Positions 26,356 through 39,013 of a stretch of DNA of 64,000 nucleotides are shown here, in pieces. Location of the stretch: contig RSEE01000138.1 of NCBI GenBank assembly GCA_003971905.1, positions 1 through 64,000 on the forward strand. The letters are read 5' to 3'. The position numbers and the translations under genes are program-made. Numbering within the stretch: position 1 is the first letter of the stretch; the number at the start of each line of letters is the position of its first letter. The notes under the pieces were generated by a model. That model saw only the letters and a program-made list of their open reading frames with translations. It was not told where the DNA came from and did no database searches. The stretch comes from Moniliella sp. 'wahieum' (lineage: Eukaryota).

Positions 26356-29300
26356 ATGCTGAAGGGTCTCAGCGCCACCACCTCCACCTCCACCTCCACC
26401 TCCACCACGCCCACCACGCCCACCACGCGCCCGCGCTCCCTCGCCGCGCTCCGCCCCAGAGCGCGCTCCCGAGCGACCTGCGCCGCCTGGCGCCATCAGC
26501 GTGTCGGACCAGTACTCGCTGGGCGAGTATGTCGCCTCGGCCGCCAGCCTGCTGGACCGCGCGCACGACTACGATGCGCAGGCGCAGCTCGAGAGCGCGT
26601 TCGTCGCGTACGCCAAGGTCGCCAGCGTGCTGCCCAGCTGCCGCGCCACCCCCCTGGCCTGCCGAGGAGCACGCGCGCTCCGCCGACTGGTACCGCGCCC
26701 ACCACCTCTTCAAGCGCACGCCCCACGTCGTTGCCCGCGCAGCGCAGATCGAGGAGCGCCTCGCCGCGCTCGCTGCCCAGCGCCGCCGCCGCCGCCCACC
26801 GCCGCCGCTCCCCCCCCGGCCCCGCGCCTCCCACTTCGTCCCCGTCGTCCTTGCCGTCCCCGCGCCTGGCCCCAGCATCCGCATCATCATCCTCTGCACC
26901 ACCACCCCTCCCCACCACCACTACCACCCCCTCCCGCTCCTTCCTCACGGCCCACAGAGCGGCCCCGGCCTCCATCTGTCTACCGCCCTCTGCCCACGCC
27001 TCCCTCCAACCCCCACCCCCACCCGCCCCCGCCAGCTCCCCCCGCATCCTTCCGCCCCAGCACCCCCTCTGCTCTGCGCATCCATCCCCCCAGCCCCCCA
27101 AAGCCGCCCCCCCCGCGCCCCGCCTCCCCTGACCCCCTCGACCGCATCACACGCCGCCTGACCGCCCACGAGCTCCGCCACGTTTCTCCACATGGGCAAG
27201 AGCAGTGTCCTGCTTATTGATGTGCGTTCGCGAGACACCCATGAGCGCGGGCACATTGCCCATCGCTTTACCCTCTGTCTTGACCCCGTCACCTTGCGTG
27301 CAGGCATGTCCATCAGCAAGTGGAGGAACAAGCGCTTGCTGCGCCGCTGGAAGAGCAGGAGGCCCTCGCCAGTCGTCGCACATTTGATCTGGTTGTGCTC
27401 TACGACCAGCGTGGTGGCTCTGAAGCGCTCAGCATCGTCGCCCACGCCCTGATCACTGAATCGCTCGTGCCTGTCGTTTTGACGGGCGGGTTTGATAGCT
27501 GGCGCACGACAGTCGGGGAAACAGGCGTGACACGACCTTTGCAGCATACCCATGCCCTTCCTTCTTCTTCCTCCGTTTCTGCCTCTGCCTCTGCCTCTGC
27601 CTCAGCCTCTGCATCGCTCTCTGCCTCCTCCTTCCACGCCCCGCCTGGCCCACCAACACCTACCCCACCTGCTCCGCCGATCATTGCCCCGCCACCGCGC
27701 CGCCAGTCTTTCTTCCCGTGCCTCCTCCCCTGCTCCCTCGCTCTCGATACTCACGCCCCCCACACGGGCCTACCGGGTGGTTCTTGCTCCAACCCGCCAG
27801 CGGCGTATGTACCACAGAGTCTTATTCCCTCGGGCTCGGGGGCAGGGTACGAGTACCCCCCCCGCCCTGCGTCCTGGCACCTTTGCTCCTGGCCAACTCA
27901 TCCCGTCGACCTCTCCTTCGCCCTTATCGCCTCTTCCTAACGCAGCTGCTGTGCCTGGTCGGCCACTCGACGGCCCGCAACCGTTTAGTGCGAATGCGTA
28001 CTTGCCCGCCTTTTCGTCTGCGCCGCGTGCGCCTCGGGTGGCGAGTTTGCCCCCCCCCCTGCGCGCGGGGCTGGGGGCAGCAAGGTCCCCGCAGCGCCCG
28101 TGTCGTGCAAGCTAGGACTGACGGGGCTACGAAATGGGCAATACGTGTTACATGAACTCGGTGTTGCAGTGTCTATCTGCAACGTCGGATTTGTCGCGAT
28201 TTTTTCTACAGGGTGAGTTTCGGCGGTACGTGAACCACTCCAATCCGCTCGGGACGAATGGTCGGTTGGCCGAGGCGTATGCGCACTTGATTTCGGTCAT
28301 GTGGTCGGGGCAGTACAGTTCGGTGGCGCCAGTTCCGTTCGCACGGTGGTGGAACGCACTTTACCTGCGTTTGCTGGTTGGGAGCAGCACGATTGTCATG
28401 AATTTCTATCGTTTTTTGCCGACTTGTTGCACGAGGACTTGAACCATCCTGTGCGTGCGGGCGCGGGCGCAGGCGCAGACAAGATGCCCAACGGCCACGA
28501 CAAACAAAAGGATAAGGACAAGAACAAGGACCAGGACAAGGACAAGAAGCAGGACGAAGCTGAGCTGGAACGGTTGCCGATCCAGCTTGGGGCGGAGAAG
28601 GAGTGGGCGCGGTACCAGCAGACGAACCGGTCGTTCATTTTGTTTACGTTCGCAGGCATGTTGCGCAACCGGCTGACGTGTTCCAAGTGCGGCACGACCA
28701 GTACCACGTACAATGTGTTTTCGGGACTTGAGTTTGCCTGTGCCGCGACGGCACCGTTCTGCCAGTCCGCCCGGTCGGCCCGCGAGCATCTACGATGCGC
28801 TGCAAGCATTTTTGGCGCCAGAAACGTTGGATGGGGAAGACCGGTGGCTGTGTCCGAATGCAACGTGATGCGCAAAGCGAGCAAACAACTGACTTTGGCA
28901 CGCTTGCCCCCCCACCTGGTCATTCACCTCAAACGGTTTTCCTTCCAACAGCAGCGCACGTTTTCCCTCTCGCCACTCGCCACGCACCTGGGCAGCAGCA
29001 AAGAGGGCAAACTTACTGTTCGCCTGGACTTTCCCCTGGACGGATTGGACCTGAGCGCGTACGCACCCGAGGGAGGCGTGTACGATTTGTATGCGGTCGT
29101 GCACCATTTTGGCACGCTCACCTCGGGCCACTATACTGCCACGGTGCGCTCCCAAGGAACTTGGGTGTACATGGACGATGCAAGGATGGTACCCGACTAC
29201 TCCAAGGAACTCGAAGTACGTTTTTCCCTTCTTGTCTTGTCTCTTTTCCTTATTCTCCTGCCCCTTCCCCTTCCCCTTCTTCTCGCCGGATAGCATAGGA

Positions 29301-29455
29301 GAGATGATGGTTCGAAACTTAGTTGCCCTCGGTGTGACGCTGACCTTGCCCCCTCCCTCACCTTTCTCGTGTGCCGTCCTCTGTACCCTGTACTTTGCCC
29401 TGGCATCCAGACCAACTCGCCGTACGTATTATGGTACAAGCGGCGGCCGCAGTAA
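26356..29455 (+). CDS. DOA4: Ubiquitin C-terminal hydrolase, Doa4/USP8-like (N-terminal helical, rhodanese and USP domains)
   Basis: Rhodanese LLIDVRSR..HERGHI, Cys box GNTCYMNSVLQCL, EQHDCHEFL and His box YAVVHHFGTLTSGHYTA. The last exon after intron 29216-29410 reads TNSPYVLWYKRRPQ*. Confidence 0.88.
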
Positions 29456-31102
29456 CTAGCCCGCCACCCGCCACCCGCCACCCACCACCCACCACCTTCC
29501 CGGCTGGGACCGAATCGCACGTTCCTTCTTGTCCTGGATCTTCCTGGGTCCACCGCGTCCTCGTGGGAGCTCTTGGTTTCTCTCGGGTCCTGTTCGTTCT
29601 CTTGGTCTTGATCTTGATCTTGATCTTGCGTGGTGGCAGGGCGGATGGTCGCATGGCCAGTGTGCCTCTACGGCTGCTATCTCGGGAGCTGCGCCCCACG
29701 CACCGCAGGTTAGCTCTTGCCCGGCAGAACGGGAGAACGGGACGGTGCGGAGGCGGAATGAGAATAGGAGACAGCCGAGTTGGACCAGCGGGACCGAGCG
29801 GACGAGTGTCTGCGTTATCCCTTGCCTCCTCCGACGGGGGGGTGACCTACTCGACCAATGGGGGTTTCCCCACCGTCATACGTCATTGCCTTGGAAGGGC
29901 CGATCCCAGCAGCTGACTGGCGGTTGGCGCCCAAAGAACCAACATACGAACCCAAACTTAGTGCCGAGGTAGCCGCGCTGTCTTGCGCCGTGGGAGGAGG
30001 GGGGGGGGGGGCTAGCACGTGAGAGGTAGGAGGGGCATTTTGGTACCGACGAGGGCGCAGCACCGTGCGTGCAGCAAGGATGGCCGAAGAGAGAGAGGGG
30101 GCTCAGTGCCGCGGTGGTGGTGGTGGTGGTGGTGATGATAGTGATGCGCCAAATTGGGGCGAACAAGTTATAACTGTGCGAACACGATCTTGTCACAAAG
30201 GCTGGTCCACTACCTCCCTTTTTGTGATGCTCACTGCACGTCAGCATTGATGCTGATGAGGAGGGGCTTGGGGGTTCGTAGGGCCACCAGACCATCGGTT
30301 TCGGTGCCCCCGCCACGGCAATGACTGCTAGGCCACACGTCCCAGTCCCAGTCCCAGTCCCAGCGGGTCCAGCCGGACGTGGGGCCGCAGCATACGCCTG
30401 CGCGGGGGAGCGTCGGGAGGGAGGCGAGGTCGAGTTGTGCTTCCGATTCACCCTGAGACGTTTGGGCCGGGAAGAGGACAGCGGAAGGGGGAGACGGGTG
30501 GCAGGCATGGAAGCTGGTCCACTGCCAACTCCGCCCTGCCAACTGCCAACTGCCAACTGCAAACATCTAGCAAGCCGCCGGTGGGGGGGGGGGGGGGCAA
30601 AACCGGTGACATGGGACCAGAAGCTACATCCAAGTCCCAATCCCGAAGCAACGTGTTTGCCTGCCTCGGATACTGTTGGGCTACTGAGTGTGCCTATCCG
30701 CCTATCCGTATGCGCCTGGAGGAGAGGCAGGGGGCGTGGGGGGGGTGTGGTTTCTCTTGTGCTGCAGTACATCCAACGGACAAGCGGCGAGTGGGAGGAG
30801 AGGAATGATACATGTAATAGGAGATGCAAGCTCACCACCACAACGGAGGAAGGTGTGTGGGCGAGAGCCACGTCGAGGTGCCTGGAAAGGGAACCGGGGA
30901 GAGGTAAGCTGGGCGTGGAGAACGTGCGGGACAACGGAACAGCGAGACAGTGGGACAGTGGGACAGTGGGCGTGTGGGGCAGGGGCCCGACAGACGGACA
31001 AACGTAGGACAAGAGGAGAGAGAGGAGAGGGGAAAAGAGAGTAGAGAGAGGGGAGAGGAGAGGAGAGCAAACAAGACATGACGAAAAGCGGATTGATTCG
31101 GG

Positions 31103-32805
31103 TCATTCGCGCCAGCCACTTGCCCGTGGGCCCCACAAGGTTGCCACAGGTCGCGGGCCGTGTTGACCATCTCGACGCGCGGGAGACCAAGCCGCCTTGG
31201 TCTTCAGCGACGTAATCGGGAGCCAGGGGAACACGGATGGTGCCTTCGTCGGAGGACGAGGGGCGATGGGTTTTGCGCGGCCCGACCCGCGCCCGTGGTG
31301 CCGGAATGACGCGGGATGATGGGCGAGCCGCCGTCGGCTTCGTCCCCACCAGAGCGGGGTGTTGCCCGGTGTCGGGCATGGGGGGAGGGGTGGAGGAGAG
31401 GTCGAGAACAAGACTCGTCGGGCCTTGGGGGCCTTGCGTGGCGCGCAGGTACTTTTGGCGTGCTTTGAACGACAAGATTTCCTGGTCTGCACAGTCCGTC
31501 GCGGTCATACTCTGCCGTTTGGCAGCTGGCGGTGCGGGATCGGCCTAGGGTCCCGATGCGCCAAGAAACGAAGAGAAGAAGAGCAAATGGCACGTACCTG
31601 AACCGGCAGTTGGGTCACGGAGCCTGTCGTGTCCGGCCGCACTGCTGCGAACCGGACCGCGATCACGCCCGCGACCGCGCAGATCCTCCTCCACCCACCG
31701 CCCCGACGCCAGATCCACAATCTCCACCTCTTCCCTGGGGCAAGGGCTTGAGGCGGGTGGGCGCCAAGGGCGCAATCGTATACACTACCTCCTCGTCCCA
31801 CTCCACCGACTCGTCCGTCGAGTCCGACAGGCAATGCACTGCTCCACCGCGCATTGAATGTGATGCGTTTGCGTGGGGTCTGGATGGCGGAACCGGGGGT
31901 GCGCGGGCGCAGGCGCGGATGTGGATGTGGGCGGGAATGGGGCGAATGGGGCGAGAGAGAAGAGTAGGTGGTCGAGGGACTAGCTTGACTGCCTGCGTCG
32001 TCAGTGGCCGAATCGCCATCGCCATCGCCATCGCCATCGCCATCGCCATCGCCATCGGCGTTGGTGGCACGGTCCGCGTCCGCATCCGCATCCGCATCCG
32101 CATCCGCATCACCGCCACCATCTGTATCATGAGTACGATCACCGTCCGCATGGGCATCCCCATCCCATCCGCATCCGCATCACGGGCAGCATCCGGGGGC
32201 CAGTCGACGGCAGGGCGGGGGTCGTCGCCACGGAGGAGCTGGCCAATGGTGCGGTGCTTGAGATGGACTTTTGGCCACTCGCATTCACGTATCCGCCAAA
32301 CCCGGCGTGGGCGACGGCGGCCGGCGGGGACGCCGGGCAGGGGGAGGCCGGGGCGGAGGCGGCGTGGCGGCGGGGCGGGCGGGCGGGGTGGGAGGGTCGT
32401 GCGGAGGTCGTGCGAGGGTCGTGCGCAGGCGGCGGCTCGGCCGACGGGTGCGCATGGAGCGGGCCGTAGAGCCAGGTGACGTCGCTGTCCTTGAGCCTGG
32501 GGGGGGGGGAACAGCGTCAGCAGCAGCGTCATCGCACGTCGAGGACAGGGCACATGGCGGGGAAGACGCACCAGTTGAGCGTGTCGGGGCGGACGGTGGG
32601 CAGGTGGCTGCGCTGCTTGGCCCAGGTGCGCCAGGAGGCGTTTTCGAGGCGGAGGCCGTTGGCCAGCTCGTGCTTCTTCTTGGTCATCGCGCGCCAGCTC
32701 GCCCACACGTCCTCCTCTCCCCGCCGCACTGGTGGGAGAGGTAGTCGACGCAGACGGTGGCGCGCGCCTCGAGCTGCGCATCGTCGATCGCGCGCGCGCG
32801 CATGC
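31103..32805 (-). CDS. REG1: Reg1/Hex2-like PP1 regulatory subunit (DUF1752 domain); ends approximate
   Basis: Motifs VCVDYLSH, EEDVWASWRAMTK, RLENASWRTWAKQR, LNW|LKDSDVTWLYGPLH, LKHRTIGQLL, KRITFN..VEQCIA and TIAPLAPTRLK. Confidence 0.8.
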
Positions 32806-33018
32806 GGGGGAGATGCGGTGGTGGTGGGGGTGGGGGCGCCGTCTGGTTGGGCCGTTGGGCGCCTGCCACACGTGACTGCCCTCTGCCCCGCGGCGGAATG
32901 CACGGCGGAATCCGAACCATCATGAATGCCATCGCCACCACCATCGCGACCGCCGTCGCCACCACCATCCACCACCCATCGCCACCATTGCCACCACCAC
33001 CACCACCACCTCCTCGCC

Positions 33019-36000
33019 ATGCGCCCGATGTTGTCTGCCTCTCCTCCGACGACTCGGACGCCGGCGCCGCGCCCCCACCCCCCCGCCATCACCATCAGCG
33101 ACGACGACGACTCGGACCGCGACGACACCCACAACCTCCCGCGCCCCATCCCCGCCTCCCACGTCGCCCCCGCCCCCTACTCGGCCCGGGTGCCGCTGGC
33201 GCCGGCGCCACCACCCCGCATACACACCCGCATCCACATCCGCATCCACACCACACACGCGCCCCTTCGCCGCCACCAACGCCGTGTGCATGGGCATGGT
33301 GCGTGTGCCGATGGCCACGCCCGGCGGGCTGCCCTCTGCGCTGACGTACGTGCCCTACCTCGGCGCGTCCGCCACGCCCACCGAAGCGAGCACGATGGAC
33401 CGGACCCATCCTTCCCCATCAATGGCCACGTCTGTCGTCGTTTTGTTCGCAGCGTGGCTCGCGGCCCGTGGCACTGACGCGCCCGAGCCAGACGCAGTGC
33501 GCGCCCTGCTGGCGCCCTATGGCACGGGCATTGTCCCCCCCGCGGTGCTCTCCCAGACACGCGAGATGAGCGTGCGGCTGCTTCCGGCGTTATCGGCCGC
33601 GTCCACGCCGCCTTTTGGCTTGGTGGTCGACCACACGCACAAATCCTCCATGTCCTCACCACCAACTACGGCGCCACGGTCGAAGCGCGTGTGCCCATGC
33701 GACGCGCCGAACACACCAGGGTACGTCCTCGTCCTCCCCCACAGTCACCTACGCTCATAGCCTCCCGCTAACACGTGGCGAGGCAGAACCCTCAGAACTG
33801 GATTGAGATGCTGCTATTTGTGCCGCGTGCATCGTATCTGTCGGCATGCACGTTGCTGAGCCAGAGCGGATGGACGCTGTACCGCCCGAGCGGTACAACC
33901 AGCGGGACTACCCTGGCTTACCCGAGATGAGCAACCCGCATGCGGTGCCTGTTGCTGCACCCCGTGCGCCACTGGTCGGACCTGCGGCAGCAGCTGCAGG
34001 GTCTGCGGGCACAGTTGCTGGAGCGATGGTCGTGCCGACGGTGGCAGCGACCGCGGCGCAGCGGGCGGAGGCAAGGTCGGGTGGGATGCTGTGTATTCGA
34101 ATTTGCACCATACGAAGGACGTGAGGGAAGTGGAGCCGAACGGTTGCTGCGTACGCCGCTGTTTCCACACCAAAGCGTGCGCTGGGCTTCCTCTTGATGC
34201 GGGAGAAGGAGCGGGACCTGGATCGGGTGGCAGCTGCGTTGTTTCGACGGGAACGTGCGCGGGCAGCACGCAGGCCGTTGCCGCCGATGGACATGGACAA
34301 ACCGCTTGCGGACGGAAGCATGCCTACGATCGAAGACCGTGCGGCAGAGGAGGTGGGCACCGTGTCGTTATGGCGTCCGGTCTTGTCCTCGTCCGGCGCC
34401 ATCAAGGGGTACTACAACCTGGTGACCAGGCGCGGGTCAAAGAGCGTCCGGAGCTGTGCCGCGGTGCGATCTTGGCGGACGACATGGGGTTGGGCAAGAC
34501 GATTAGCGTGATTGCCTTGGTGGCATATACGTTGGCTGAAGCGCGTGCCTGGGCGCAAACTCAGCCGGCCCGGGCCCAGACGGCTGTCCGGCCCAACTCG
34601 CAGGACAGCCCGTTTCTCTTGGACTCGTCCGAGTCGGAGCCCGAGTTTCAGGGCATGACCAAGAGGCCGCGTCGGGGCACCGGGGGTGGCGTTCCCGATG
34701 GCCACAAGCGCGAACCAACGACACGAACAGGAGCGCGTGCGCAAACGCAATCTCGCCGTTCGGTCAGCAGCGACGCTGATTGTGTGTCCCATGTCGGTCA
34801 TTTCGAATTGGTGCGAGCAGATGGTGGAGCACTGGGGCCCGCACGACCGACCCAGGATCTACATTTACCATGGTGCTGGTCGTACCTCGGACCTGCATCA
34901 GGTCGCTGCGCATGATGTTGTGCTCACGACGTATGCGACGTTGGCCACCGAGTTTGCCAACCAAACGACGTGGACCAGTGGCGAGGAGAAGAAGAAGCGC
35001 AAGCGCAAACAGCAGATGCGGGACGGAGGCGCGAATGGCAAGAAGGCCAAACGGAAAGAACATGTGAACCCACTGCAGCGGATCGAGTGGTTCCGTATCG
35101 TGCTGGACGAAGCGCACATCATCAAAGAAGCGCGTACGCATCAAAGTCAAGCAGTGTGCAACTTATCCTCGCCACGACGGATCGTGTTGACCGGCACGCC
35201 GATCCAAAATGCCGCGTCGGACTTGTACGCGTTGATTCGGTTCTTGCGCCTCAGCCCGTTTGCCGACCGAGAAGTGTGGGCGCAATGGTGCCACATTTCC
35301 CGTGCCGGTCTCACCCTCTCGACCGCACGCAAATTCAGTGCGGCCCAGCGCGACGGCTTGCCCCTCGCCCGGGTACAAGCCATCATGAAGTTCCTCACCT
35401 TGCGTCGGACCAAGCAGACGGTGGGACCGGATGGACGGCCGTTGCTCGCGCTCCCCCCAAGTGGGGCGGCACGACCAAATTGGCGTTCAACCCGATGGAA
35501 AAGGCGCGGTACCTTGCGCTGCACGAATCGTTCAAGGAAGATTTTGATGAGTTTCGCAAACGCTGGCGAGGCAGGACAATGCCAATGGCAATGGCAATGC
35601 TAATGGCAAGGACAAGGGCAAGGACCAGCACACCAGTTCGCTCAACATGAAGCAAATCTTGAAAGAGATTTCCTGGTTGCGATCGACGTGTGACCATCCC
35701 GACTTGCCCGACGAAGGGGTGGACAAGCGGCATGGCGATCTACCGATTGAGCAGTTGGTGCGAGAGCACGGTCTGTCGCGGGAGCGCGCGCGGCGCTTGT
35801 TCCAAACGTGGCGCGAAGCGTCGATGGCGCAATGTTTGGTGTGTGGCCGGGACGTGGAGACGGAGCAAGGGCAAGGTGCCGGGACCGAGATGGAGACCGC
35901 GATCGAGACCGGAATCGAGTCCGAGAGGGGAGGAGGGGTGGTGGTGACTCAGTGCCAGCATTTGGTATGTGCGCCATGCTGGGAACCTCATTTGCCCTCT

Positions 36001-37244
36001 TCGTCCCACTGGCCTCACCCACAAGAGGAAGAAGAAGTGGCGTGTCCCGTCTGCACCCACCGGTTGTCCATCTTGCTCGACACGGTCCTCCTCCGCCCGG
36101 ACGACGACATGGACGACGACAACGACAACGACAACGACAACAACAACGAAAACGGAACCGCAGCCCGCACAGACCAAGGCGAATTTCAATTCCGTGCTCC
36201 TGTCGCGCGTCAGCCTCCTCGAGCGGGCCAAGGGGCCGAAGGTGGGGCAGGAGGAACGGCTGCTGGAGGTACCTTTGTCGATCCTGTTGCGCGTGCGGCG
36301 GCACAACGACTACTTGAGCTATCGCCGACCGAAGCAAGTCAATTGTATCCTGACTGGAGCACCAAGATCCTTGCGTTGGTACGGGACTTGATTCCCTTTT
36401 CGCTGTGCAACCCTATGAGCAAGCTGTACGATCCGCATGCGCCTGTGCTGGACCACGTGCCTACGCCGCCGGACGAGCTGGCGCGGCTGCAAGCCGAGCG
36501 GGCGGGGAAGGTGCGTGCGCACCTGGCTGAGCAAGAGCGTGCGCTGGCGCAGGCGCGGGTTGCGCAGATGCATGCGGAGCGGCGGGCGAATGGTGCGGGC
36601 GAGGCGCAAGCGGAGCAAGAGGAGGAGGAAGAAGAAGAGGAGGAACGGCGGGTGCGGCTGTTGGAGCGCGGGGTGGACGTGCAAGCGGCCGAGGCGGCGG
36701 TACCGGAGCCAGCGTTAGTACGAGCTGTTCCCGTTGCGCACGCGGCGCCTATTCGTTCGGTTGTATTTTCGCAATGGACGAGTATGCTTGCGCGTGTGCG
36801 TGCGGCGCTGGACCGGGTCGGGATCCGTACGGCGCAATTGGACGGTACGATGGCGCGAGCGGCGCGGGTGGAAGCGTTAGCGCAGTTCAAAGACGATACA
36901 GGGATCGAAGTGTTGTTGGTGTCCTTACGTTCGGGCGGGGTGGGACTCAACTTGGCTTCGAGCAGTTGTCGTGCGTACCTGCTAGATCCGGCGTGGAACC
37001 CAGCGAGCGAAGAGCAAGCTCTGGACCGGATTTATCGCTTGGGCCAAACCCGGCCAGTGGTCACCTTGCGCTTGATCATGCGCCACTCCATCGAGGAAAA
37101 CTTGGTCTACCTCCACACCGCAAAAAGGAACTGGCCGAATCGATTGGCGAACGGGGCGAACGCGAGCCGAGGGATCGCCGCGAGGCAGCGCAGAATCTGG
37201 TTCGCCTCTTTGGCGATACCGAACGGTTGCGCCACGAGGGCTAG
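33019..37244 (+). CDS. SNF2-family helicase with RING finger, Rad5/Rad16/HLTF-like
   Basis: Motifs RGAILADDMGLGKT, TLIVCPMSVISNW, RIVLDEAH, LTGTPIQN, RING CLVC..CQHLVCAPC..CPVC, VVFSQWTSML, SGGVGLNL and EEQALDRIYRLGQ. Confidence 0.9.
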
Positions 37245-38079
37245 CGCTCAGGTCGTGCCACCAGTCTGTCCACCCAGGCGACCAAGACGACCGACCAAAA
37301 GCGACACGCACACCCCACAGCCGTTGGGAGGTGCCAACCGAACCGCGCTGCTCCACCCCCCTTGCTCCGTCCATCGATCCTGCTACCAGCTCGTTCCAAC
37401 CGAGGTCATCACCCAAAGGAGATTATGTACCATGCCCAGCGACGTGATTCATGATGGAATTGAGCGTACCGCGCACTGCGTACCGCGTGACGAGGAAGGC
37501 TAGGAGCGTGTCGTGTTTCGCCCCGCGCGCGGGCGGGTTGTGTGGTGCATGGGATTGGTTCGCTTATTTTGGCGGTTGCTCTTGCTCTTGCGCGGTTCGG
37601 GTTCGGGTTCGGTTTGGGCTTCTCTCCGGCCGTCGGATTGGGGGTTGCATCCTGGGCGCGTGTAGCCCAGATGCGCAGAGGGGCGTGGGGGAGTGGACGG
37701 GGCAGAGGGGCGCAATGCTCCCTGCTCCCTGCTCCCTGCTCCCTGCACACCATCTCGATGCTCGATGCGCACTGCTCCCTACGCGATGCATGCTCTGCTC
37801 CCAGCGTCACGCGAGGGACGAAGATGGTGTTCCGTCGCACGGCCCAGCTGGCACGCGCGCTCTTTCCTGCTCCCTGATGAGAGACTCTCCGGAACGTCGC
37901 CGGACGCTACACCTTGTTCCCCGCTCGCCACTCCCCGCCTGCCCCGCCTGCCCGCCTCGCCGGCTCGGCTGCCCATCGCCCGTGGCTGTGGACCGTGGGT
38001 TGTCCCCTCTCGACTGTCGCCTGTCTGCCCGTTGCCTACTCGTTGATCCTGGACCATTCTTTACCACCCCTCTCCTCCC

Positions 38080-38152
38080 TTGCCCTCTCCCTCGCCCTCT
38101 CCCTCGCCCTCTCCCTTGCCCTCTCCCTCGCCCTCTCCCTCGCCCTCTCCCT
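38080..38152 (+). repeat. 12-bp pyrimidine-rich tandem repeat (CTCTCCCTYGCC)n
   Basis: About six direct units. Confidence 0.85.
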
Positions 38153-38704
38153 CTATACCTTCATCTTGGCTTGTATCTTTTCCTCAACCTGTAAACCCTC
38201 CCTCTGCATCCTCCATCGCCTGGCATCCGATGGGACGCAGAGCACGGGCCAGGCAGCTGCACCGATCCAACGATCGACGACGGCCGATGGGCGTGGAAGG
38301 CTAACCCTACCACTGCGGCTGGGGCGGTGACGTCAGAGCGGCTGGCGCAGCGCCTGCTGAGGCTGATTAATGACTCCCACGCACTGTGTCGCTGTGTCGT
38401 CCGCGCTGACACATCCGCTGCGCTGCGCTAGGGTTGCCCGGCCACCCGCACACTGCCCCCCCTGCCCAGCGGCCATGCGCACGGCCCGCGCCGTCCGCTT
38501 GGGCGAGACTGGCGCGATGCGGCGGCGGCCTCAGACGCGGTCTGAGTTGGGTCACAGTGCCGCCGTGCCGCAGTTCGCTCCCAGCCGCCGCCGGTTGGTT
38601 TGTCACGCCGCCTGGCAACCATCCATCCCTCCGCCCTCTCACACGCCCCCACCTTCACCACCACCACCCCCACCACCACCACCACTCTCCCCGTCTCCTC
38701 CACC

Positions 38705-39013
38705 ATGGTACGTCCTTCCCCCCCCCCCACTCACACATCCCTAACCTAACCCTCTCCGCGTCCCTCTCGCCCCCCCCAGGGATCCTGCCTCTCGTCGCCC
38801 GACAAGCCCAAGGCCAAGCCCGCCGGCCAGGAGGGCCTGACGCGCACCACCTCCTCCTACCAGGGCAGCACCGCCGATGCGACGCGCTACTCGGACCGGC
38901 CAAACCCGGCGCTGCACGACGGCCAGCCCACCGCCGCCCAGCTGGCCAAGACCACCACGCTCGAGGCACGTGTCAAGCAGGCCGAAGCGCAGAACCGCGC
39001 CCGCGCCGGGTAA
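38705..39013 (+). CDS. 78-aa protein with N-terminal MGSCLS myristoylation/palmitoylation-type motif; ATG-only first coding exon
   Basis: CACC-ATG, then intron 38708-38779 (GTACGT..CTAAC..CAG), then an open GC3-rich frame from 38780 to TAA at 39011-39013. Confidence 0.7.
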
